Shown here in pieces: positions 1-9,800 of a stretch of DNA of 64,000 nt (positions are counted from its first letter, which is position 1; each line of letters starts with the position of its first letter). The position numbers and the translations under genes are program-made. Below the pieces are notes generated by a model. That model was not told the origin of the DNA. It did not search any database and saw only the letters and a list, made by a program, of their open reading frames with translations. Location: positions 7,793-71,792 of the forward strand of contig CAYYPV010000015.1 in NCBI GenBank assembly GCA_964473665.1, in the 5' to 3' direction. Source of the stretch: an uncultured Candidatus Bathyarchaeia archaeon. Its GTDB lineage: Archaea; Thermoproteota; Bathyarchaeia; RBG-16-48-13; CAYPFQ01.

Positions 1-2
1 TG

Positions 3-203
3 AACAAATTAGAAGTGAAGTATCCAGGTGTGAAATTTACTATTTTTAAATCTATGGAAAAGATTAGACCAGCCGTCAAATCTGCTGTTGGAAAAATAGA
101 ACTAAAGGAGTGCAAAAATTGCGGGGAGCCTACTATAGGCGACATATGTAAACCGTGTGAAACTTTGCTTAAACTTAAGCTATTGAAAAATAGTGGGCGA
201 TGA
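3..203 (+). CDS. Zn-ribbon protein, probably a C-terminal fragment (frame is open to the window edge; possible GTG start at 15)
   Basis: CxxC...CxxC motif (KECKNCGEPTIGDICKPCE). No in-frame stop upstream to position 3. Confidence 0.3.
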   Translation, partial: NKLEVKYPGVKFTIFKSMEKIRPAVKSAVGKIELKECKNCGEPTIGDICKPCETLLKLKLLKNSGR

Positions 204-205
204 AT

Positions 206-528
206 CCCATGGTTTGGCGTCTAGTTTTCGCCTAATTCACTCGTGCACTAAGCTCATATCCGTGCCCCTTTGAGCGCAGCACGTTCGAATTTAGGTTGCG
301 ACCTCCCGGTCCTAGCCAGATTCATCCGATTGATGTGAAAACAGCTTCCATGCGGAAGCTACCTCACACACGCCAACCCCAAAGGACGGATATTCAACAC
401 TTTATGCAGAGGATTTGGATGAGCTTGGACACCTAGCCTAGGCTTCAGTTTGCCATACGACCGTTTGCAATCAGAGCTTACGCCCATCAGGGAAGGTCGA
501 GCTCCCCACCTAGATTCACCACCCAGAT
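206..528 (-). ncRNA. Candidate signal recognition particle (7S/SRP) RNA
   Basis: A GC-rich island of about 320 nt in AT-rich surroundings with no ORF. The minus strand carries a helix-8-like motif CUAGGACC-GGGA-GGUCGCAAC (GNRA tetraloop plus AGG / GCAAC internal loop), similar to archaeal CAGGCCCGGAAGGGAGCAAC. The 5' end GGGUGGUG...GGUGGGGAGC resembles archaeal SRP RNA 5' ends. Confidence 0.5.
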
Positions 529-585
529 TGTTAAGGAATAAAATAAAGTATAAACATTACGCAAAAAACAAGAATTATCACGAGA

Positions 586-660
586 TGGGCCGGGAGAGAT
601 TCGAACTCTCGACCACCACCTTGTAAGGGTGGTATCCTAACCAGACTAGACGACCGGCCC
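586..660 (-). tRNA. tRNA-Val (anticodon UAC)
   Basis: Cloverleaf with acceptor GGGCCGG/CCGGCCC, anticodon stem CCACC/GGUGG, loop CUUACAA, T-loop UUCGAAU, discriminator A. No intron. Confidence 0.85.
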
Positions 661-873
661 TTTGAAGGGATATCGCGATATCCAGCCTTATTTTGACAAT
701 TAACCCCTATTTGACTGTTTTTTATTTTCGCATTTAATAATACAGCATAATCTTCTGTTTTACTAAATTCTGTAAGACTTACTGTTTTTGTGTTAATGAA
801 ATCCTATTCTTTGGAGATATAGGGTGATTAGCAAGTATTGGTGACGTTATTGGTCTTAATCTTAATTTGGCTC

Positions 874-2040
874 TTAAGCGAACTGTTTAGTATTATCGGA
901 CTGATTTCTCAACCTTTTTGGCGCTCGCGATTGTTCATGCATCTCTTTTGTGACTAATGTTATTACATCTCCATCCATTACATGGTGAGTTATTCCCACT
1001 TTTTGTCCGCTGTATTTTACACTTTTTCCAGATATCTGAGCATAATGCAATGCATTTTTCATCCCTCGATGGACTTTGTTGCATACATCAAGGACTGAAG
1101 CGTTGTTCTTTAATATCATTGGTTTCTCGTAATCTGTTTCTCCGCCCTTTGGGCGCATGAAGACTCTGATGAAGCCCATTTTCTCGTAGATTTTTTCTTT
1201 TAATTGGTCTATGTTGAGGTTGGCGTCTGCCGATATGGGAATGAAACTGTAGTTTATTTTGGATTTAATTTCGTTTAAAGACTCAAGCGGTACTAAGTCA
1301 ATCTTGTTCATCACTGTTACTGTGGGAACGTACTTGCAGTTTTGTAGAAGAACATCAATAAGCTGATCGTATGATGCATCCTCGTTTATCATCACCATGG
1401 CATTGTGTATATCGAACTCTTGAAGAATCTTCTTAACTGTGTCAACCGTCATCTTCGTCATCTTAACTAAGGTGTTGACCAAGATTCCGTCTGAATCTGT
1501 TTTTTCGATGGTCAATCGGGGTTGTCGCTCATCTGGGCGAATACCGATATTTCTTACCTCTTCTTTTAGTATGGAAAGAGTTTCAGGCTGATATGCCTCA
1601 ACGATAAACAGGATCAGATCTGCGGATCGAACCACGGATAGGACTCTTTTTCCCAATCCTTTCCCACTTGATGCCCCATTGATTATGCCAGGCAGATCAA
1701 GAATCTGTATACGTGCCCCCTTGTATTCCATCATTCCAGGAACTACTGTAAGCGTTGTAAACTGATACGCCGCAACCTTAGATTTTGTGTTAGTTAACCT
1801 GTTTAACAAGGTTGATTTTCCAACATTGGGAAGTCCAATCAACACTACTGTTGCATCACCGCTTTTCTTGACTGCGTAGCCAAGCGAGCTGCCTCCACCG
1901 CGATTCCTATCCGCTTCCTCTTCCCGTTTTAGCTTTGCGATTTTAGCTTTCTGGATACCGATGTAACGTTCAGTATGCTTATTCACCTGAGTACGGTGCA
2001 GATCCTTTTGTATGGCCTCAATCTTTTCAGGAATGCCCAT
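874..2040 (-). CDS. DRG-family GTPase (Obg-like, C-terminal TGS domain)
   Basis: G1 motif GLPNVGKST, G3 motif DLPG, NKID, and a C-terminal TGS-like region. 388 aa. Confidence 0.85.
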   Translation of the reverse strand: MGIPEKIEAIQKDLHRTQVNKHTERYIGIQKAKIAKLKREEEADRNRGGGSSLGYAVKKSGDATVVLIGLPNVGKSTLLNRLTNTKSKVAAYQFTTLTVVPGMMEYKGARIQILDLPGIINGASSGKGLGKRVLSVVRSADLILFIVEAYQPETLSILKEEVRNIGIRPDERQPRLTIEKTDSDGILVNTLVKMTKMTVDTVKKILQEFDIHNAMVMINEDASYDQLIDVLLQNCKYVPTVTVMNKIDLVPLESLNEIKSKINYSFIPISADANLNIDQLKEKIYEKMGFIRVFMRPKGGETDYEKPMILKNNASVLDVCNKVHRGMKNALHYAQISGKSVKYSGQKVGITHHVMDGDVITLVTKEMHEQSRAPKRLRNQSDNTKQFA

Positions 2041-2279
2041 TATAAACTAGTCCAATGGAACGTTGCAATGTAACGTAAAGTAAAAAACATTTCGTTTTGT
2101 TTGCGCGCATGATACGTCTTTTCAAATTTGAACTAAGAGAATGTGTGTGCAGCTCTAGATAGAAATACAGCTCTATGTAAGCACAGTAGAAAAGCGGACG
2201 GTGATTATAGATTTCTTGAAGAGTTCTTTTAGATTTACGCGATATTGGTAAGAATAGAAATTTTAAATCTAGGATTCGG

Positions 2280-2393
2280 CGCCGGGGACGGGATTTGAAC
2301 CCGTGCGGGCCTAAAGGCCCACAGACTTTCTGCCCAATATCTTAGCAGGCTTACGCATTTTTTCTGCGCCTTACCAGACTGGGCTACCCCGGC
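2280..2393 (-). tRNA. Type II tRNA, probably tRNA-Ser (anticodon loop CUGCUAA gives GCU), with about 30 nt of intron sequence apparently at non-canonical position(s)
   Basis: Acceptor GCCGGGG/CCCCGGC, discriminator G, long variable arm GGGCCUUUAGGCCC, T-arm ACGGG-UUCAAAU-CCCGU. The 114-nt length requires intron(s). A duplicated GCAGAAA flanks the anticodon region. Confidence 0.6.
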
Positions 2394-2522
2394 TTTCGAC
2401 ATTGTGAAGAGCGTTCATTTTAAAAAAAGTTTACTATTGAGAGTGAGCGCGGTCTGTCTTTATCATTTTTAAACTAGTACGTATTTTGGCTATGTTTTAG
2501 ATTGTTGCAGGAAAGCTTGCAG

Positions 2523-2936
2523 TTATTTTTCTTGTTCGTGTAGTTTTTTGAAGTAATTCTTAAGGGGTTTCCAGTAGAATTCGTTCCATCCTCCTTTGAT
2601 GTCTTCAAACTGTTCTGTAGGGACTTCTGAGTGAACCATTGAAACCTCTGTGCCTCCTTTAACTTCTCTAAGAGTGAGTTCAAAACGTGACGGAGGATAA
2701 CCATCAGGCCATTCAGTCGTAACCCATTCTTGAACTATCCTTTTTCCTTTCTCTAACTTAAGGAACTTTCCAGAAATATATCCGTCCCACGCAGTGAACT
2801 TAGCGCCGACTCTTCCTTCGCCTGTAGCTTTGCTTCCTGTAAATGAGGAGTGTTTTCTCGAGTCAACAAAAGCCTCGTAAACTTCAATAGGCTTTGCCGC
2901 TAATGTGATCTTCTGCCTTATAGTCTCTGTTTTCAT
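2523..2936 (-). CDS. SRPBCC/Aha1-domain protein (START/Bet v1-like); likely start is the internal Met (MKTETIRQ) rather than the longer ORF running to 3026
   Basis: Aha1-like motifs (GAKFTAWDGYISGKFLKLEKGKRIVQEW). About 137 aa from the internal start. Confidence 0.6.
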   Translation of the reverse strand: MKTETIRQKITLAAKPIEVYEAFVDSRKHSSFTGSKATGEGRVGAKFTAWDGYISGKFLKLEKGKRIVQEWVTTEWPDGYPPSRFELTLREVKGGTEVSMVHSEVPTEQFEDIKGGWNEFYWKPLKNYFKKLHEQEK

Positions 2937-3191
2937 AGCTAACCACTTCGAAAAGTAAACTTTCAAATCGAGGAGGGTGAAAGCCCATATAAAAAGTTTC
3001 ATCAGCGTCAAATCGGTATCTAACAATTAGACTTAAGGCCTCATCGATTTGAGTGCAGGCCTGAAAGGCTGAATGAAAGAAATTTATGTTAAATCTAGAA
3101 AGCTGAGGGTAGTTCATTAAACTAATAGGCTTTATAAGTGAAGATAAAAAGAGAGGCGTTGAAGAAGTACTGTTATGTAACAAATAAAAAA

Positions 3192-3292
3192 GGGCCGGTA
3201 GCTTAGCCTGGTAGAGCGCCTGACTTGCATTCTTGCGTATAAATCCAAGACGAGAACTCAGGAGGTCTGGGGTTCGAATCCCCACCGGTCCA
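3192..3292 (+). tRNA. tRNA-Ala (UGC) with a 27-nt intron (about 3230-3256) at the canonical 37/38 position
   Basis: G3:U70 identity pair, D-stem GCUU/GAGC, anticodon stem CCUGA/UCAGG, loop CUUGCA|C, T-loop UUCGAAU, discriminator A. Followed by a T-rich tract. Confidence 0.85.
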
Positions 3293-3462
3293 TCTATAAA
3301 CGGCTGTTTTTGTTCATTTTTTGCAATTTAATCAACAAGCTTAATAAAGTGTTTAATAAAACCTATAGCGCAACTAAATCGTTGTAAAGGGAAGGTAAAC
3401 TTGGTTTAACTTTCTTTTTGCGATTTGGTTAGAGTAAATGATTTAAGGAGAACCCGTGCAGC

Positions 3463-3873
3463 TTGCCTAGAAGATCTTCGTCATCATTTCGGGACGACCG
3501 GGAAGATAGGCGAAAGCCTAGACATTTTCGATCTTATTCTAGACCATTTACAGGGCCTTCGGAGGGACCTGCGAGACCTGTTCCTGTTGAGGAGGGCAAG
3601 GAGTATGAGGTCGCAGTTGAGAGCGTTGGCAGTAAGGGCGATGGAATTGCTAAATTGAGTGGATTCATTATTTTTGTTCCTGGCGGTAAAGTCGGTGATC
3701 GTGTTAAGGTTCGAATTACTGCTGTTCGACGCAACTTTGCCATAGGTGAAATTGTTAAAACTGAAGCCGCCGCCAGTTCTTCTGAATTACCTGTAACAGA
3801 AAAAACGGAAAAAGAAGAAGAGACGTCGGAAAAAGAAGAAGAAACATTCAGTGAAGAGGAGGGAGCACCTTGA
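3463..3873 (+). CDS. TRAM-domain protein with an Arg-rich N-terminus and an acidic C-terminal tail (TTG start after AGGAG)
   Basis: TRAM-like core GKEYEVAVESVGSKGDGIAKLSGFIIFVPGGKVGDRVKVRITAV. Overlaps the next gene by 4 nt. Confidence 0.6.
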   Translation: MPRRSSSSFRDDREDRRKPRHFRSYSRPFTGPSEGPARPVPVEEGKEYEVAVESVGSKGDGIAKLSGFIIFVPGGKVGDRVKVRITAVRRNFAIGEIVKTEAAASSSELPVTEKTEKEEETSEKEEETFSEEEGAP

Positions 3874-4160
3874 AAATTAAAGAGCTTAGAAGCGGAATGA
3901 AAAAGGTTGACGTAGACGTTAATTTGGTTGAGATTTCTGATCCACGTGAAGTTGTTACTCGTTACGGCGAAAGCCACCGCGTTGCTACAGCCGTTGTCAG
4001 TGACGACACTGGCACGATTAAGCTCAGCCTTTGGGACGCCAGCATAGACGAAGTGAAAGTTGGAGACAAAGTAAAGATTGAAAACGGTTATATCACAACT
4101 TTCCGTAACGAAAACCAACTTAACGTTGGGCGATTCGGAAAACTCACAGTAGTTAAGTGA
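3870..4160 (+). CDS. Small OB-fold nucleic-acid-binding protein (SSB-like)
   Basis: 96-aa single OB-fold pattern, translationally coupled (ATGA overlap) to the TRAM gene. Confidence 0.5.
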   Translation: MKIKELRSGMKKVDVDVNLVEISDPREVVTRYGESHRVATAVVSDDTGTIKLSLWDASIDEVKVGDKVKIENGYITTFRNENQLNVGRFGKLTVVK

Positions 4161-4329
4161 CAACTCCACTACTTTTTGTTTCAGTCTTCCCCCCTACTAA
4201 AAGTCTAATCTTTTGTTTAGAGGTCCCTCTAAACCAGAGGAAATTATTTTGAAAATAATTTTGTTAAAAAATATTGGAAGCGGCTACTCGAGCGACTCTC
4301 TATCTTGGGTCCGGTGGCGAGCTTAGTAG

Positions 4330-4716
4330 TCAGCTTACCGCTTTCTTCACGAGCGAACTGATCCTTGCCTCTTCGGCGGCAGTCAGCTCCTTCAGCGCGA
4401 AAGTGGTCGGCCACATGCGGCCTTCGTCTAGGTGTGCTTCGTGCATGAAGCCGAGCGTCGCATACCTCGTCTTAAATTTCTGCGCGCTTTGGAAGAAGCA
4501 TACGACTTTGCCGTTCTTGGCATACGCAGGCATCCCGTACCAGAGCATCGGCGTGAGAGCTGGTGCATTAGCTTTGATGATGGCATGAAGCCGCTCACCT
4601 ATAATACGATCCGGCTCCGACATCGCGGCAATGTTCGCAAGCACCGCACTTTCCCCGTCCGCCTTGTCTGCGCTCGGGGCAGGCTTTTTTTGTTTATTTA
4701 AATTTACTTTTTTCAT
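4330..4716 (-). CDS. DUF1801 (YdhG-like) domain protein
   Basis: Motif [33 protein letters not shown] typical of PF08818-like proteins. Confidence 0.55.
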   Translation of the reverse strand: MKKVNLNKQKKPAPSADKADGESAVLANIAAMSEPDRIIGERLHAIIKANAPALTPMLWYGMPAYAKNGKVVCFFQSAQKFKTRYATLGFMHEAHLDEGRMWPTTFALKELTAAEEARISSLVKKAVS

Positions 4717-4756
4717 AAGTATCTCCTAATTATTTTTCATTTATAGAGTGAATGAA

Positions 4757-5134
4757 CTATTTTTCCACTATTCGCAAATTTTGAGGCTGACCAACTATTG
4801 ATATATGGACAAAGGATGAGTCTTTAGTGGCTCCATGCCAGTGCTCCTCGCCTGGAGGAACAAAAATAATCATTCCAGGCGTAACGATGTTCTCTTGATT
4901 CTTGTTGGCTACAATTCCCCTGCCTTCGGTGACAATTAAGATTTGCTCAGTCGAGTGGGTATGGAGCTTATTGCGTGCACCGGGCGCAAAACTAACCATG
5001 ATTACTTGGATTTTCTTAGCTTTATGCTCTTCTTCGAAAACAAACTTGGTATATACTTTTCCAAAGAATAATGGATCCCCCACTATTTCCTTAGCCTCTA
5101 CATCTTTAACATCAATTATTTTCATTTTCTTCAC
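4757..5134 (-). CDS. Cupin-domain protein
   Basis: HTHSTEQILIVTEGRG...PPGEEHWHG cupin motifs. 125 aa. Confidence 0.75.
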   Translation of the reverse strand: MKKMKIIDVKDVEAKEIVGDPLFFGKVYTKFVFEEEHKAKKIQVIMVSFAPGARNKLHTHSTEQILIVTEGRGIVANKNQENIVTPGMIIFVPPGEEHWHGATKDSSFVHISIVGQPQNLRIVEK

Positions 5135-5138
5135 CTCA

Positions 5139-6149
<1,011 letters not shown>

Positions 6150-6452
6150 TTAACTCCGTCTATAAAGCGCCACACAATTAAAAAAGATGGTGACACGACC
6201 GCCAATGCTTAGCTCGCTTCTATCGCATATAAACAAACAGCCCATTGACCCTTGGCATTTTTAGCCATTAGGGCTAATTGACTCGAATAAGTTGCCTGAT
6301 TCATCACTCAATCGTGAATCCAATAGAGAAAACATGCAAGAAAATGCCCACATATATTACGAATATTTCAAAAAAATCAAATAAAAAAATAAGCTTTAAC
6401 ATCTCCCGAAAACATAAAACATTAAATGAAACCCAAACACAACTAATAGCGA

Positions 6453-6550
6453 AGCGAGGTGGGGTAGCAAGGTTTAACCCGCAGGGCTCATATGGACGAT
6501 GCCCGACCTGAGAAACCCTGAGATCGGAGGTTCAAATCCTTCCCTCGCTA
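6453..6550 (+). tRNA. Initiator tRNA-Met (CAU) with a 22-nt intron (about 6493-6514)
   Basis: A1:U72, three G:C pairs closing the anticodon stem (CAGGG/CCCUG), loop CUCAUA|A, T-loop UUCAAAU, discriminator A. Confidence 0.8.
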
Positions 6551-6816
6551 TTTTTAGGCTATTTTATTCTGAGTAGTATTCATGTTCTCTTTCTATTTTT
6601 TCTACTTCTCATTTAATCATGTATTCCTTTAGCTTTTTCAAATCTTTTCGGAATCCCAGATGCACATAATGGTATTCGACATCTCTTTCCTCTGAAGTTT
6701 CCTGTCCGCACCTTTCAAGATGAATTCTTTTTTCAGCAGAATAAATCGCGTTTTCAGCTTCATCTTTCCTGTTGTCTTTTCATTTGTCGCTACTGTTTGC
6801 TTGCTGGCTGAATTGG

Positions 6817-9800
6817 TTAATGTAACTTATCCTCTCTTCTCGGTTCAATTGATGTTTCTCCGCGTTGCAGCGCTTCATAGCGGTATTTAACGTCGGCAAG
6901 ATAGCTTTCAATCCCCTCGCTGTACTCTCTGTTAATTGTGATAACACTCTCCTTTGACAAATCTTTACTCAGAATACGGTCGCGCCACTTAACGTTCTGA
7001 ATATTCCTGAGACCAGTCAACTTACTGCAAAGCTTCTCAGCATCCGCACCATCCACGATAAGTCTATACGCGTAACCCTCGGAAAGCACCTTGCTCTTAA
7101 CATCCATCTGCTTATCAAGCCGAATCGCAATCTGGTTCAGTAAGAAACTGTGCTCACTCTTAACAGAAACTTCAGGAACAACTTTATCGTTTCTAACAAT
7201 AGCCTTTACGTAGCCTTTGGCGTCAATGAAGCCACATAATCCTGCGCTGAAACACTCATCACTCATGCGGTCATCTATCCTTTGAGGCTTATCTCTGAAC
7301 AGACTGTAGCTGGAATCCATAAGCACTGTTGCTACGTTGAAGTAGTTGTTGCCTCCATAATTGTTCTGTTGTTCAACGGGTTTAACTTCGAAACTGTATG
7401 ACTTGCCTTCAAGCAGTTCACGAACAACTTCTAAATGCTCAGGTCGATAGACGCGCGTTGAAACCTTAACCTTGCCTCCGTCAACCTCAACGTGGAAAGC
7501 GTAGCTGAAAAACTGCAAGTAAGCATCCTCAAAGGCGTCACCTTCACGTATGTGACCGAGTCTATCATGCAAAGGATCGTTACCCTTCTTCTCAACTTTC
7601 ATACGTAACTTTTCGTCAACAATCATTTCCTTAACCTGTTCAGGTGTAAGGTTAACAGGTTTTCCCATATCGGCAACTGAGAAATTTCCTTCTCCGATAA
7701 AAGCCTGCAACATAACATTAAACTTGGTGAAAGATTCGTCGGTCATCTTTTCAGGGCTATCAGGCAAAAAGGTTTTTCCATCTAAAACCCAGTTCTGCAT
7801 ATCTCCATATAACTTTGAAATTTCCTTATTGCTAATTTCAATAATTCTCTTCGACACGTAAACGCCGTCACCTTTAACTGTAATAATTCCATCGCCAAAC
7901 CTTAACGGGTTCTTCACCAACGCATTATACGGAATCATCCTAGAAGCATACTTAGACTCAATTGCACCCTTAACTTTCGCATTATTTGCTTTGGAAAAAT
8001 TAACTGCCTCTGCCTGAACTTGCTTCTCCTCAGTTCTATGTTTAACTTCTTTCTCAGTTGAAATCTTCTTGCGCTCTTTAGGCGTTTCAGCAGAATCATA
8101 GGAGCGTTCAAGATTTTCTTGAACCATTTTAAAGTAGTTCGGCGACTCTTTCTCAACTTTTTCAGTGTTTTCATAAGGCTTATTCCTAGACTTTAATGCG
8201 GTGAGTTCATTTTCTTTTTGCGCGTTCTCTTCAGCTAGCCACTCGTTCTGCATGCGTACAGTATCAAGCTCACTGACCTCGAAAGTTTTTTTAGTGACCA
8301 TGAAATGTTCTCGAAGCTTCACTTTATTATCATAATAAGAAGCCTGACCATCAATCTCCTGAACATCAATGCCCTCACGCCTGCATGTCTTCGCGAGGAT
8401 GAGGACTTCAAGCATAGTCATACTGCCATGCGCATCTTTGACATTCTGCATTATCATATCCGCCTTCCGTTTTACATCCGCATCCTCCTCCACGCGATGC
8501 GCCTTCACCGTCAGCCTCTCCAAAGCCGACCTATTCTTCTTCATAAAGCTGAGGCTCTCAACATTCTTCTGGTAGGAAAGCCCACGCTTCACCATGTTTA
8601 AGTCGAATCCCTGTTGACCGCAAAACTCCACGAGCTTACCACAGTCATCCAAACTCATACGGCCTTTCTCTTTTTTGACCTCGTCAAACAGTTGATTCGC
8701 CTGTCGATTAACTTCTAATTTTTCCTCATCCTCCTCTCTCTTCTCGAGGTTCATCTGAACTGCTTCACGTGCAGCTGGATTCTTCTCATAGAACTTCTCA
8801 ACAGCTACGTCAGCCCCACTCTTAACCTCAGCCTCATCAATCTCAACTTTCAAGTTAGCCGCATCCTCAGCAGCCTCCTCCCTCCTCCTATCCGACCCCG
8901 CCGCCTCAACTTTTCTTCTAAAAATTTTATCCTTAATTCCGCTCAGCCGACTTGACAGACTGACTTCCGGTTCACGGTAAATTCCCTTCCCAATTACTGG
9001 AGCGTCTCCCATGCCTGCAACATCATTAATCTCCTCAAAACCGAAACCATACACGCTGTAAATTCTGCTGTTCCTCTTATGCAGATACATCGGCCTGGGA
9101 CAGCCGTAGCCAAACTCATCAACTAAACGTTTCGATAAAGCAATGTTTCCCTCCTCCTGATTGATGAAAACGCTGATCAAGTCGCTCATGCCTAAGCGGT
9201 TAATAGGCACAGTTTCGCCTTCCTTAATGGATTTGGACTCAAGCTCATCATTCACTAGAGGAAGAACATCGGTAACATCATGCAGCTTCAAATTTACGAA
9301 CTCCGCCTCAGGCGCAGGCGTGTGACTGAACTTAGATTCGCGTAGGTGATAGCCGTACGCCCTCTGCATTAAACTGTAAACCCGACGGGATTGAAGCGGC
9401 TTATTGCAGCGTACAACATTCATATCACCATGACTGTATGAAGTGAAGTCAACTTTATGATGTTTCAGAGCCTCACTGAACTCACAGGCGCTGTCGACAT
9501 CTCTCGTCAAATAGTACAGTCGTGACTCTCCGTCTGGAAACTGGCGGCTGACGAAGATGCCTTTATTCTTAACGCAGTCAGCAATCTTTCTGAATCCTTC
9601 TCGCCAGATACCTTTTTTGTCACGGCTTCCCTCAATCGGCAGATTCTCACACTTATCGAATATTTTCTGCGTCTCCAGATCAGTAGGAGCCAAGCCGACC
9701 CTATCGCAGAACCATTTAAGCGTTTCACTATTTGCTGAACGGCTCTTCAACACTGTTTTAACAATTTTACGTTCCTCATTAGTTTTTACTAAATCCTCAG

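Noticed and set aside
206-528. RNase P RNA
   Set aside because: A P4-like string (GGGAAGGUCGAGCUCC) occurs on the plus strand, but at the 3' end of the element with no partner CR-IV/CR-V motifs. The SRP RNA model on the minus strand fits better.
957-1160. Small ORFs nested antisense inside larger genes (e.g. 957-1160, 7935-8174, 8305-8601, 9557-9853, 48827-49139, 49539-49892, 53254-53955)
   Set aside because: They sit opposite long, motif-supported CDSs and have no signatures of their own. They are typical shadow ORFs.
2523-3026. Longer 167-aa version of the SRPBCC gene
   Set aside because: The N-terminal 30 codons are hydrophobic and atypical for this family. The domain starts at the internal Met, and the extension is probably not translated.
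2884-3285. 133-aa ORF on the minus strand
   Set aside because: It overlaps the well-supported tRNA-Ala gene on the opposite strand and carries no protein signature, so it is spurious.
3534-4169. 211-aa ORF antisense to the TRAM/OB gene pair
   Set aside because: It is low-complexity (Ser/Asn-rich) and sits opposite two genes with clear domain signatures and translational coupling.
6278-6511. 77-aa ORF on the plus strand
   Set aside because: It runs through the initiator tRNA-Met gene, so it is spurious.
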